Assembly: GCA_050260415.1 (NCBI GenBank) | Contig: JBLNCE010000150.1 | Coordinates: 5,313 to 69,312 of the forward strand | Length of the DNA stretch: 64,000 nt | Source: Bacteroidota bacterium | GTDB lineage: Bacteria > Bacillota > UBA4882 > JAAYXC01 | Direction of reading: 5' to 3' | Shown here: one piece after another, positions 43,686 through 51,831 of the stretch | Numbering within the stretch: position 1 is the first letter of the stretch | Layout: each line of letters opens with the position of its first letter | The notes under the pieces: model-generated | What the model saw: the letters and a program-made list of their open reading frames with translations, nothing else | Databases searched by the model: none | Told to the model about the DNA's origin: nothing | Made by a program: the position numbers and the translations under genes

Positions 43686-46335
43686 GTACGGCATCCGGAA
43701 GACTCTGCAATTCAAGGCCTGGGAACAAGCTTATGCCACGGATCTCGACCCGGCCGGGTTCGCGAGGCCGGACCGGTACCTGCACCTGGCCCATGATATA
43801 AGTGCGCAGTTTTCGCGGCCGTCTACGGCGTGTGAACCGCAGGTGGGGGTTGGTGTTGTACGGTATAGGCCAGGGCCGTGGGCGGGAAGTCTGGCGGCCG
43901 TGACGGAGGAAGGCACTACGAACCTTCTTACGGCTAATCAGGCAAGCGTGGAGACGAATACAGCAGGATTTGTCCCGGTGTTGGGAGCAACTATCTCTAG
44001 GGACGTGACCGAATATTGGCATGGGGCCGCAAGCCTGAAAGTAATTACACCTGGAGCTGTACAAAATGAAGGGGTTTACGCTGATAACACGGCAGTATCA
44101 GCGACAACTGTTTATACCGGAAGCGCACATGTGAAGGCTCCTGCTGGGGCTGTTCTACACATTCAACTATCCGACGGAATAGATTTCGCTACTACGAAAG
44201 TGTTCACGGCAACTGGTAGTTGGCAAAGAGTTAGTGTTACCCATACAACTGACGCGCATACCAGTTTAAGGCTCTATATTAGAACTAATACCACTGTCCA
44301 AGCCATCACCTTCTACGTCGACGGCCTGGATATTCGCCAAGCGGCTTACCCTACTTCCTGGCATCCCCCCGGCACCTCCCGCGCCGCCGAACGGGTCTGG
44401 GTGCCGACATACGTTGCGGACGCGATTAACCCGACGAACCTGGTATCGGCTGACGTAAGCACGTGTGCGAATGGAATAACTGGTCTTGCGTCAGTTAACG
44501 ACGCGTTTACATTATCCTGGGATCAAACAACGGGATGGGACGACAGCAAGAGCTGTAAAGCGGTTAGCAATATAACAGGCACAGCGACGATTAACAATGC
44601 CGCCTCGACCGGTCGTATATCGGTGGCGCCTGGGCAAAAATTGCGCGCCCAGGTGCGAATAAAAGGGCAAACGGCTCCTGGGCGGACTGCGACTATAAGG
44701 ATCGAATGGCGAAAAGCTGACGGATCATACCTGTCATATGGAGGGCTGAGTTCAGCAATCGATATTAGCTCGGGCAATTGGACGTTGTTATCGTCAGGAG
44801 AGGCAATTGCACCAGAAGGGGCAGTTTACGCGAATATATCTGTGTATGTACTTAATGCTCAGCTAGGGGAAACCGTCTGGTGGGACGGCGCGATGATGTA
44901 CCGATCTGAGTACGGTGTGCGAAGCTACGTCCCGTCTGGATGTAGGCAGATTCTGAACGCCGTAACGGGGTCACTGGAAATCATGGTAAACGTGACTCCT
45001 GAGCTAAAGCGACAGATCCAGGTGCCTTCATTACAATATCCACGTGTTTTTAACGTAACGAGGGTTGGCAATGATTTGTATGCATTTGCGATGTGGCATA
45101 ATCCGACTGTGGCTAGTTTCAGAGTAGCTACTAGAGACGATGCTGGCAACATGGCTGACGGGATCATTGATGACGCGCTACTGCCTGACGGTTATCACAG
45201 GCTACGGTTTACTTGGTCAGAAACTGTGCTAAAAGTATTCATTGACGAGGTTCCGGTGCCTGTACTGACAATAAACGGTCATCGCTTGCCGTCTGCGCTC
45301 GCGGAAAGGTTTGACGTGCTCAGCGAACGCGGGTTGAATTATTTCGGCAACACGACAGCTTGTGACCTACGGTTTAGCAGCGTAGATCGGTCAGCGGAAA
45401 CGCCACCGTCCATGATGGGGCCTTTGCCAGTGGACGCCAACACTACGCTCCTATGCCCGCTAAACGGCGACCTTGAAAACAAAGCCCATCACGTCGCCTC
45501 CGGTTCCTACGTCGCCCTGCTCGACGCGGGCACACCCAAGACGATCTGGAGAGATCTCCGGCTGTCCGGGCAAGATCTTGGCACGGTCGCGATCAAGACC
45601 CGTATCTCCGAAGATGGCGAGAATTGGACTGCCCAGGTGGACGGCGTGGCCGGCGGCGCGGGGCATCTCCTGGAAGCGACGTTGACGCTCACACCCCAAA
45701 GCGGGCAGATCATCAGTCCCACGGTCGATGTACTGTTTGTGGACTATCTTATCCCAGCGCGCAGCCTCCCCATCCCGCTCAAAGATTTCGATCCGGAATT
45801 GGCTCTGCTCTGTGAGGTCATCGGGGAGGGATTGGCCGATCTGCAGCCTGGGCAGGCACTTGACGGGCTCCTGTCCGTGTCCAGCATGTCCGACGCGCAG
45901 GTCGCCCGATGGCTCAAGATCCTCGGGTGGAAACAGCGATGGCTGACGGACAAGCGCCGGCTGCTCAAGGCGCTCCTGACGCTCTACCGGCATGGCGGCA
46001 CGGTGCCGGGCCTGGTCAACGGGATCAAGCATTTTATTGGGCTTAACGTGGTCAAGGTCTGGGAGGCGTGGCCCGAGGCATACGCCCTGAGCCAGACGCT
46101 GACCGACGAGGAGAAGCGCGAGATCGTAGTCTACATATCCAACCACCCCTATGGCGAGAACACCCTGGCCATGGTACCCTATGCTCAGCAGGTGGTGGAT
46201 CTGCTAAAGCCGGCCCATGCACATGCGGTGGCAACGGTGCATAGGAACAAGGTACAGGACATTGGTCACGTCCTGATAACCGACTCGCGCATTTACCGAC
46301 AAACCGTGCAGTACGTGACGTATCTTCCCCTGTAA
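43675..46335 (+). CDS. tail protein gpI-like (C-terminal) with a large low-G+C insertion carrying two CBM/jelly-roll-like modules and a LamG-like module
   Basis: The C-terminal region (SMSDAQVARWLKILGWKQRWL...LLTLYRHGGTVPGL) resembles P2 gpI. 43930-45450 is visibly AT-richer and encodes two related roughly 150-aa modules. Confidence 0.6.
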   Translation: MLSKYGIRKTLQFKAWEQAYATDLDPAGFARPDRYLHLAHDISAQFSRPSTACEPQVGVGVVRYRPGPWAGSLAAVTEEGTTNLLTANQASVETNTAGFVPVLGATISRDVTEYWHGAASLKVITPGAVQNEGVYADNTAVSATTVYTGSAHVKAPAGAVLHIQLSDGIDFATTKVFTATGSWQRVSVTHTTDAHTSLRLYIRTNTTVQAITFYVDGLDIRQAAYPTSWHPPGTSRAAERVWVPTYVADAINPTNLVSADVSTCANGITGLASVNDAFTLSWDQTTGWDDSKSCKAVSNITGTATINNAASTGRISVAPGQKLRAQVRIKGQTAPGRTATIRIEWRKADGSYLSYGGLSSAIDISSGNWTLLSSGEAIAPEGAVYANISVYVLNAQLGETVWWDGAMMYRSEYGVRSYVPSGCRQILNAVTGSLEIMVNVTPELKRQIQVPSLQYPRVFNVTRVGNDLYAFAMWHNPTVASFRVATRDDAGNMADGIIDDALLPDGYHRLRFTWSETVLKVFIDEVPVPVLTINGHRLPSALAERFDVLSERGLNYFGNTTACDLRFSSVDRSAETPPSMMGPLPVDANTTLLCPLNGDLENKAHHVASGSYVALLDAGTPKTIWRDLRLSGQDLGTVAIKTRISEDGENWTAQVDGVAGGAGHLLEATLTLTPQSGQIISPTVDVLFVDYLIPARSLPIPLKDFDPELALLCEVIGEGLADLQPGQALDGLLSVSSMSDAQVARWLKILGWKQRWLTDKRRLLKALLTLYRHGGTVPGLVNGIKHFIGLNVVKVWEAWPEAYALSQTLTDEEKREIVVYISNHPYGENTLAMVPYAQQVVDLLKPAHAHAVATVHRNKVQDIGHVLITDSRIYRQTVQYVTYLPL

Positions 46336-46417
46336 CTCTGTCGGCGGGGGAAAGACAAGTGAGAGGCCCGGGCATTAGCGCCGGGCCTTTTCATGTCCGA
46401 ATACTGGAGGCGATCGC

Positions 46418-47866
46418 ATGTCGACAACCACTCCGCGGTACGGCCTGATCAAAAACGCGGTTACTGACTACCAGGACGACGCCATAGTCGCGAACCAGGC
46501 TGCCAACATGGAGAAAATCGAGCAGGAACTCGGCGAGCGGGAGGACGCGATGACTGCCCACCAGACGGCCGCCGAGCTCGCCCACCCGAACAGCAGCGTG
46601 ACCGACGTCAAGATTGGGAACCGCACCATCGCGGACAACCAGGCGCCCGGCAGCGCTACCGGCTTGCTCAGTGTTCTCCTAAACGGGATCGGATACATCA
46701 TCAAGGCGATCACGGGCAAGGCCAATTGGTACACGGCACCGGCTATTAGCCTGGAGACATTGAGCATTCACAAGACGCGGCACCAGCCTGGCGGTGCTGA
46801 CGCGCTTCCCACGGCTGCCCCGGCGGGTCTAGGTACGGCGGCGCAAGAGGGTGCGAGCACAAGTTTTGCGCGGGCCGATCACGTGCACGCGGCACTTGAC
46901 AGCACCAACCCTGCAGACGTGGGAACGGCAGCCGCTCCCGGATCTGCCACCGTGGCGGCCAGGAGGGATCATGTTCACAAACTCGGCGCTGGCTCGGCGA
47001 CTGATACGGCTATCGGCAATAGGACAATCAGTGACGCTAGTGCTCCCACCGGAGACAGCGGGGCCATCACTACGCTTTTCGGTTGGCTCGCGTACATGAT
47101 CAAAGCTATCACGGGTAAGAGCAATTGGCGGACGGCTCCGGCGATTAACCTGGAGAGTGTGAATGGGAAATTTGACGGCACCACGGGCCACAATCACGAT
47201 GGAACGGCCGGCAAAGGTCCCAAGATCGGTTCTGGCGGACTTGCAAACGATGCGGCAACTGATACAATAATTGGTAATAGGACGATTGCGGATACATCGG
47301 CCCCGACCAGCGATACCGGGACACTGACGAACCTGTTTTCCTGGTTGGGGTATATGATCAAGGCTATCACGGGTAAAAGCAATTGGCGGATGGCGCCGGC
47401 GACTACCCTGGAAGCCGCCAGCACATTTGCACCGCCGGGCATGATTGCAGCGTTTGGGCGTGACACTGCTCCTGCAGGATGGCTGGAATGCAACGGCACG
47501 GAGGTTTCCCGGACCACATACGCCGCGTTATTCGCTGCAATTGGCACGACGTTCGGTAATGGTGATGGTTCAACTACATTCAATCTGCCAGACTTACGTG
47601 GTGAGTTTATCCGTGGCTGGGATCACTTGCGCGGAATAGACCCTGCCCGGGCATTGGGCAGTGCGCAAAGTGATCAGCTAAAAAGCCACACGCACAGTGT
47701 TGTCAAGGCAAATTACGACACTGGAACGAGCGGGGGTAGTGCTACAGGAATTGTACTAGATGAGCGTACCCCGCCTTACGATGTCAGTTTTCCATTCTTA
47801 AGTTCTACCGGGGGCACGGAGACCCGGCCGCGCAACGTCGCCTTGATGTATTGCATAAAATTCTAA
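46418..47866 (+). CDS. tail fibre with three tandem repeats and a C-terminal phage tail-collar domain
   Basis: Triplicated IGNRTI(A/S)D..AP...G.L..L(F/L).W(L/I)(A/G)Y(M/I)IKAITGK(A/S)NW units. Collar motif YAALFAAIGTTFGNGDGSTTFNLPDLRGEFIRG. Confidence 0.8.
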   Translation: MSTTTPRYGLIKNAVTDYQDDAIVANQAANMEKIEQELGEREDAMTAHQTAAELAHPNSSVTDVKIGNRTIADNQAPGSATGLLSVLLNGIGYIIKAITGKANWYTAPAISLETLSIHKTRHQPGGADALPTAAPAGLGTAAQEGASTSFARADHVHAALDSTNPADVGTAAAPGSATVAARRDHVHKLGAGSATDTAIGNRTISDASAPTGDSGAITTLFGWLAYMIKAITGKSNWRTAPAINLESVNGKFDGTTGHNHDGTAGKGPKIGSGGLANDAATDTIIGNRTIADTSAPTSDTGTLTNLFSWLGYMIKAITGKSNWRMAPATTLEAASTFAPPGMIAAFGRDTAPAGWLECNGTEVSRTTYAALFAAIGTTFGNGDGSTTFNLPDLRGEFIRGWDHLRGIDPARALGSAQSDQLKSHTHSVVKANYDTGTSGGSATGIVLDERTPPYDVSFPFLSSTGGTETRPRNVALMYCIKF

Positions 47867-47884
47867 GAAACTACAGGAGAAAGG

Positions 47885-48910
47885 GTGGTTTATGTGAAGA
47901 GGGAATGGTTTCTATTATTGTTAGTCGCTTGCGTGACCCTTATCCCCATAGGGTGTTTTACATCTAAGATCAACCCACCCGACCCCAACCCCAAATTAAA
48001 GAATGAGCTACCGCTCTTTACTGAGGGGATAACAGGGTCGCAGCTCTCAAGGACGGTAAACCCTGATCCATGTGACTATCGTTGGTTTAACATTATCCCC
48101 GGCTTCTGCAAGGACTATAACGATTGGGTAATCAATGTCGCTAACCCGTTGGCGGAGACCCTAAAGGCACTCCCGCTGGAGCAGACCACAGTGCCGCTCA
48201 TCGGCTCACGAACTGGCACGGTAAGTTTTAACGGAGATGTGACCGATCCGGTATATACGAGGAAAGTAGTACTTACTGAAACTGATGTGGAAGGTGCGCA
48301 TAACTCGGTTGTTTTTATGACAAATGATGAAGGTACCAAATGGGATTTAATAATGCGCAACCCCCAAAACTGTTCAGCCACGGATGCAGGTAGGCTGATT
48401 GTTTATGAGGTTCGTTACCGATATTATGGCGATGATTCGCTTACAACACTTATGATGTATAATACCAATTCGTTTTTCGATGAGGCATATTGCCTGATAG
48501 ACATCCGGGAAACGCTCAGCACAAAAAAGGCCAAGATTCTCCTGGGTTCAGTAGACGATCAATTAGATCGGGTCACATTGCATCTATTTCTAAGTGTTAC
48601 CGATAAAACTACTATAAACAATAACATGACAGCCCGATTATTCCACAAAGATTTCTTGCCAATTGATAGTTGCCCCAATTACTTGGACTTTATGGAAGAG
48701 CTACCGGACAGCCCGGGATTGATTAACGATGTGGACCATCTAAAGTATTATGCCATGACCGATCCTAATGCTCCCGAATATGACGGATACCCGCCGTTGG
48801 TATCCTTAGACTTTAGCGGAGTTGGCGCCAATGCTGAGATGTTTCTAACACTGCATATTGATAGCGATTTGAATAGTAACCTCGACGCAGTTTATCATAT
48901 AACCGAGTAA
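47885..48910 (+). CDS. lipoprotein of unknown function (low-G+C moron)
   Basis: Signal peptide plus lipobox-like LIPIGC. The whole gene is conspicuously AT-richer than the prophage. Lies between the fibre and lysis genes. Confidence 0.6.
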   Translation: MVYVKREWFLLLLVACVTLIPIGCFTSKINPPDPNPKLKNELPLFTEGITGSQLSRTVNPDPCDYRWFNIIPGFCKDYNDWVINVANPLAETLKALPLEQTTVPLIGSRTGTVSFNGDVTDPVYTRKVVLTETDVEGAHNSVVFMTNDEGTKWDLIMRNPQNCSATDAGRLIVYEVRYRYYGDDSLTTLMMYNTNSFFDEAYCLIDIRETLSTKKAKILLGSVDDQLDRVTLHLFLSVTDKTTINNNMTARLFHKDFLPIDSCPNYLDFMEELPDSPGLINDVDHLKYYAMTDPNAPEYDGYPPLVSLDFSGVGANAEMFLTLHIDSDLNSNLDAVYHITE

Positions 48911-48992
48911 TCGAGTCCATCCAGAGATGATAATTCACTCCAACAGCCCGCACAACGCGGGCTGTACTATTATTTTCGGAGGTGATTGGCGC

Positions 48993-49274
48993 ATGAACGA
49001 GCAGACAGAGGCCGCAATCGTCGAAATGCTTGGGGTCATGCAGCGCGATCTGGGCGAATTGAAAGGCCAGACGAGTCAAATTCTGGTGCAGGCCAAACGG
49101 ACGAACGGCGCCGTATTGGACCACGAGCGGCGGCTGCACGAGCTTGAAACCGCCAGCGCTAAAGCCTCCGGTGCAAAGTCGGTCAGACATTCCATCGCGG
49201 AAAAAGCTTGGTCCGTATGCGAGAAGCTCGCAATCTTGCTCTGTGGAATCTTTGCGGGGAGATGGTTCAATTGA
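48993..49274 (+). CDS. XhlA-like membrane protein (lysis accessory)
   Basis: N-terminal coiled coil plus a single C-terminal TM (LAILLCGIFAGRWF). GGAGGTG RBS. Precedes the endolysin. Confidence 0.5.
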   Translation: MNEQTEAAIVEMLGVMQRDLGELKGQTSQILVQAKRTNGAVLDHERRLHELETASAKASGAKSVRHSIAEKAWSVCEKLAILLCGIFAGRWFN

Positions 49275-49867
49275 CCGTGCGTAAATTTTCCGTCTTGACC
49301 TTGGCCGAGTTCGACGCCTGGCTGAATGAGCAGAAAGTTTCCAGGACGATCAAGCTCGTTCAGAATCACCATACCTGGTGCCCATCATATAAGCACTTCA
49401 CAGGCCAAAACCACTCCCGGCTCCTGCTCAGCATGGAGGCATCGCATCTCGAACGCGGATTCGCGGAGATCGGGCAGAACCTGACGATCTTCCCCGACGG
49501 GCGGATCGCCATCTGCCGCGCAATCAATAGGATCCCCGCAGGCATCAAGGGCGCCAATGCAAACGGGATCTGCATTGAATGCATCGGTAACTTTGACGCC
49601 GGCGGAGATGTCATGAGCCATGAGCAACGAGATGCCATCCTAGACGTGAATGCCTTGTTGTGCAAACGGTTTGGGCTGGTACCGTCCACGGCCACTATTG
49701 TCTACCACGCTTGGTACAATCTCACCACAGGTGAGAGGGACAACGATGAAGGGCGAACCGACAATCAGCACAAAACCTGCCCGGGCACGGCATGGTTCGG
49801 TGGTAATTCGGCGGATGCCGCGCGGGCGCATTTTATTCCCGAAGTTATCAACAGGGGAAGGAGGTAG
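49262..49867 (+). CDS. endolysin, N-acetylmuramoyl-L-alanine amidase (Amidase_2/PGRP type)
   Basis: IKLVQNHHTW...GFAEIGQNLTIFPDG...ICIECIGNFD...VYHAW...TCPG matches the Amidase_2 pattern. Confidence 0.75.
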   Translation: MVQLTVRKFSVLTLAEFDAWLNEQKVSRTIKLVQNHHTWCPSYKHFTGQNHSRLLLSMEASHLERGFAEIGQNLTIFPDGRIAICRAINRIPAGIKGANANGICIECIGNFDAGGDVMSHEQRDAILDVNALLCKRFGLVPSTATIVYHAWYNLTTGERDNDEGRTDNQHKTCPGTAWFGGNSADAARAHFIPEVINRGRR

Positions 49868-49875
49868 AAACGAGC

Positions 49876-50157
49876 ATGCAGGAGCAGATCACACTACTTG
49901 ATGCCGGCCTGGTCGGCCTCGTGGTCGCGGCTACGGAGGCGGTCAAACGGCTAGTGTGGGTACCGGCGCGATTCGTCCCGGTCATCCCGATCCTCGTCGG
50001 CTGGATCTTGGCGATCCCCGCGGTGATCGTCGCGCGCGGCCGCGTGCCGCCTTTGGCGGTGTTTGTCGCCCAGGTATTTCTGGAGGGGCTGAAGATCGCG
50101 GCCGTCGCCATGGCCGCATTCAAGATCACCCATACGACGATCAAAGGAGGTAAATGA
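49876..50157 (+). CDS. holin, putative
   Basis: 93 aa with several TM segments and a charged C-terminus, adjacent to the endolysin. Confidence 0.6.
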   Translation: MQEQITLLDAGLVGLVVAATEAVKRLVWVPARFVPVIPILVGWILAIPAVIVARGRVPPLAVFVAQVFLEGLKIAAVAMAAFKITHTTIKGGK

Positions 50158-50885
50158 TGCTGTCCACGCGTGTGACGAAATGGGCGGTTGCCCTGATCGT
50201 TCTGGCCATTGCCGTCCTGCTGCTCCTGGGCGGTCTCCGGTGGGCGGGCGCGGCGATCGGGACCCTGGTTCTCGGTTGGCTGGCACGGAACCGGGGGCGC
50301 CCCGGTGCAGCCGTTCAGCATGCTGCTACGACAGCCCAGGGCGTCAAACAAGGGCAAGCTGCTGATGCTAAAGTGCAGCAGTCCCTCAATGCACAGGCGG
50401 ACGCCTTAAGGGAACGCCAGAAGAAACGGAAGGGCCTGGCCGGGCTTCTACTATTCATTTTCCCCCTGATCGTTTTCCTGGCCGCCCCCGTTACCCTGGC
50501 GGCGCCGGCCGCGCCGGATTGGCAGGAACTCTACAAGGCGGCCGAGGCGGATCTCGACCAGGCGCTCGCCATTATTGATGCGCAGCGGGCTCTCCTGGCC
50601 GAGAAGGACGCGCGGATCGGCGCGCTCCTCACCGAGATTGATACGTTGGCGGCTGAGTTGGTCACGACGGCGGCCGCGAAAGACGCTCTAATTGCTGCGC
50701 AGGCGGCGCAGATCGCGGACCTTCAGCGGCCAAGGTGGGGAGTTGGAGTAGGGGCCGAAGTCGGCCTTGACGGGCAGCCGGACTATTCTCTCCGGTTGAT
50801 TCGAGCCGGGCCTCTGTTGGGGCTTTCGGGGGAGTATGCAATACGCGAGCATGAGTTTCGCGGGGGATTCATCGTGTTCTGGTAA
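50154..50885 (+). CDS. membrane protein with a coiled coil and a C-terminal beta-rich segment ending in F-W (spanin-like?)
   Basis: Two or more TM segments, Ala-rich coiled coil, C-terminus ...EHEFRGGFIVFW. Last gene of the lysis cassette. Confidence 0.5.
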   Translation: MMLSTRVTKWAVALIVLAIAVLLLLGGLRWAGAAIGTLVLGWLARNRGRPGAAVQHAATTAQGVKQGQAADAKVQQSLNAQADALRERQKKRKGLAGLLLFIFPLIVFLAAPVTLAAPAAPDWQELYKAAEADLDQALAIIDAQRALLAEKDARIGALLTEIDTLAAELVTTAAAKDALIAAQAAQIADLQRPRWGVGVGAEVGLDGQPDYSLRLIRAGPLLGLSGEYAIREHEFRGGFIVFW

Positions 50886-50907
50886 CGGAACAATTACCTA
50901 AATAAAA

Positions 50908-50937
50908 GGGCGGGGATTATACCCCGCCCTTTTTATT
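50908..50937. terminator. bidirectional intrinsic terminator between convergent genes
   Basis: GGGCGGGG-ATTATA-CCCCGCCC flanked by an A-run upstream and a T-run downstream. Confidence 0.8.
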
Positions 50938-50938
50938 A

Positions 50939-51616
50939 TCACCTTGGTGGACTACAGACGCTACATGGCGTATAGCCACGCGCCTTGGCGTCCTTCAAAC
51001 TGATTGCAATGCTACTCTTCGACAGATAACGACATCCTGCACGGTGGTATTTTGCGCCCGTCTTTGTGATGTAGACAATGACATTTACGGTCGATGGTGG
51101 AGGTGATGGTGATGGCTTAATAACTACGGGCGTAGATGCCGGCACTGGTATTCCCCAAAGACCCCGTTTGCTCTCCCGAGCCTCTGTCTGAAATCGGGTG
51201 AAGAAATCGACATATTTCACGTTTGGGGGAATCGTGAGTAATTGGGCGTATCCGCCTATGAGCAACCGCGCATTGAACAGGCGTCCGCGCACCTCATTCA
51301 CATCACGCTCTTGGACATCCCTCTCTAAGAAGACCTGCGTTCCTTCAAGGTTCGCCTTTGTGAAATTCGAGGCCTCTGGGCCATAGAGCTGAACAACCTT
51401 GGTAGGGTCGACCGTCTCCGGAGTGTCTACTCCGATGAGCCGCACGGTTTCATCCCGACCGTCGAGAGTGATCAGGGAAGCATGGAATGTGTCTCCATCA
51501 ACAACCCGGGTGACCAAGACCGGAGTAAACTGATTTTGTTCTGCGGCCGCAATCCCCGCAACCAACATGGCGCCAATCGCCAATAGGGCTAGGTATATGC
51601 GGATTGGCCTCTTCAT
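50939..51616 (-). CDS. secreted thermonuclease (SNase/micrococcal nuclease family) with a C-terminal Cys/His motif
   Basis: Signal peptide MKRPIRIYLALLAIGAMLVAGIAAA. VVDGDTF...VRLIGVDTPE...G.EA..F....L is the SNase pattern. C-terminal KYHRAGCRYL...CSVC. Confidence 0.8.
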   Translation of the reverse strand: MKRPIRIYLALLAIGAMLVAGIAAAEQNQFTPVLVTRVVDGDTFHASLITLDGRDETVRLIGVDTPETVDPTKVVQLYGPEASNFTKANLEGTQVFLERDVQERDVNEVRGRLFNARLLIGGYAQLLTIPPNVKYVDFFTRFQTEARESKRGLWGIPVPASTPVVIKPSPSPPPSTVNVIVYITKTGAKYHRAGCRYLSKSSIAISLKDAKARGYTPCSVCSPPR

Positions 51617-51687
51617 GAACGACCCTCCTTAGGCATAAATTTCATTTGTCAAATACTACACAAGATATTGATTTCCTTTTGATGGGA

Positions 51688-51714
51688 TAAAAAAGGCGGG
51701 AAACGAATCCCGCC
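51688..51714 (-). terminator. intrinsic terminator of the leftward accessory operon
   Basis: On the minus strand: GGCGGGA-TTCGTT-TCCCGCC followed by TTTTTT. Confidence 0.7.
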
Positions 51715-51831
51715 CTTCTCTTTGAGTGAACTATTTGGTGAACTCCTTCAGGTCCGTAGGCTCCAACTGAATGTTCTTGGCTGAGCCTATCAGATGGCAG
51801 GATACATTACCGCCCCCATGTGCGGACCCTC

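Noticed and set aside
43675-47866. Possible diversity-generating retroelement target in the fibre genes
   Set aside because: No reverse transcriptase gene and no template-repeat/variable-repeat pair with adenine-specific differences is present in the window. The repeats are ordinary in-frame protein repeats.
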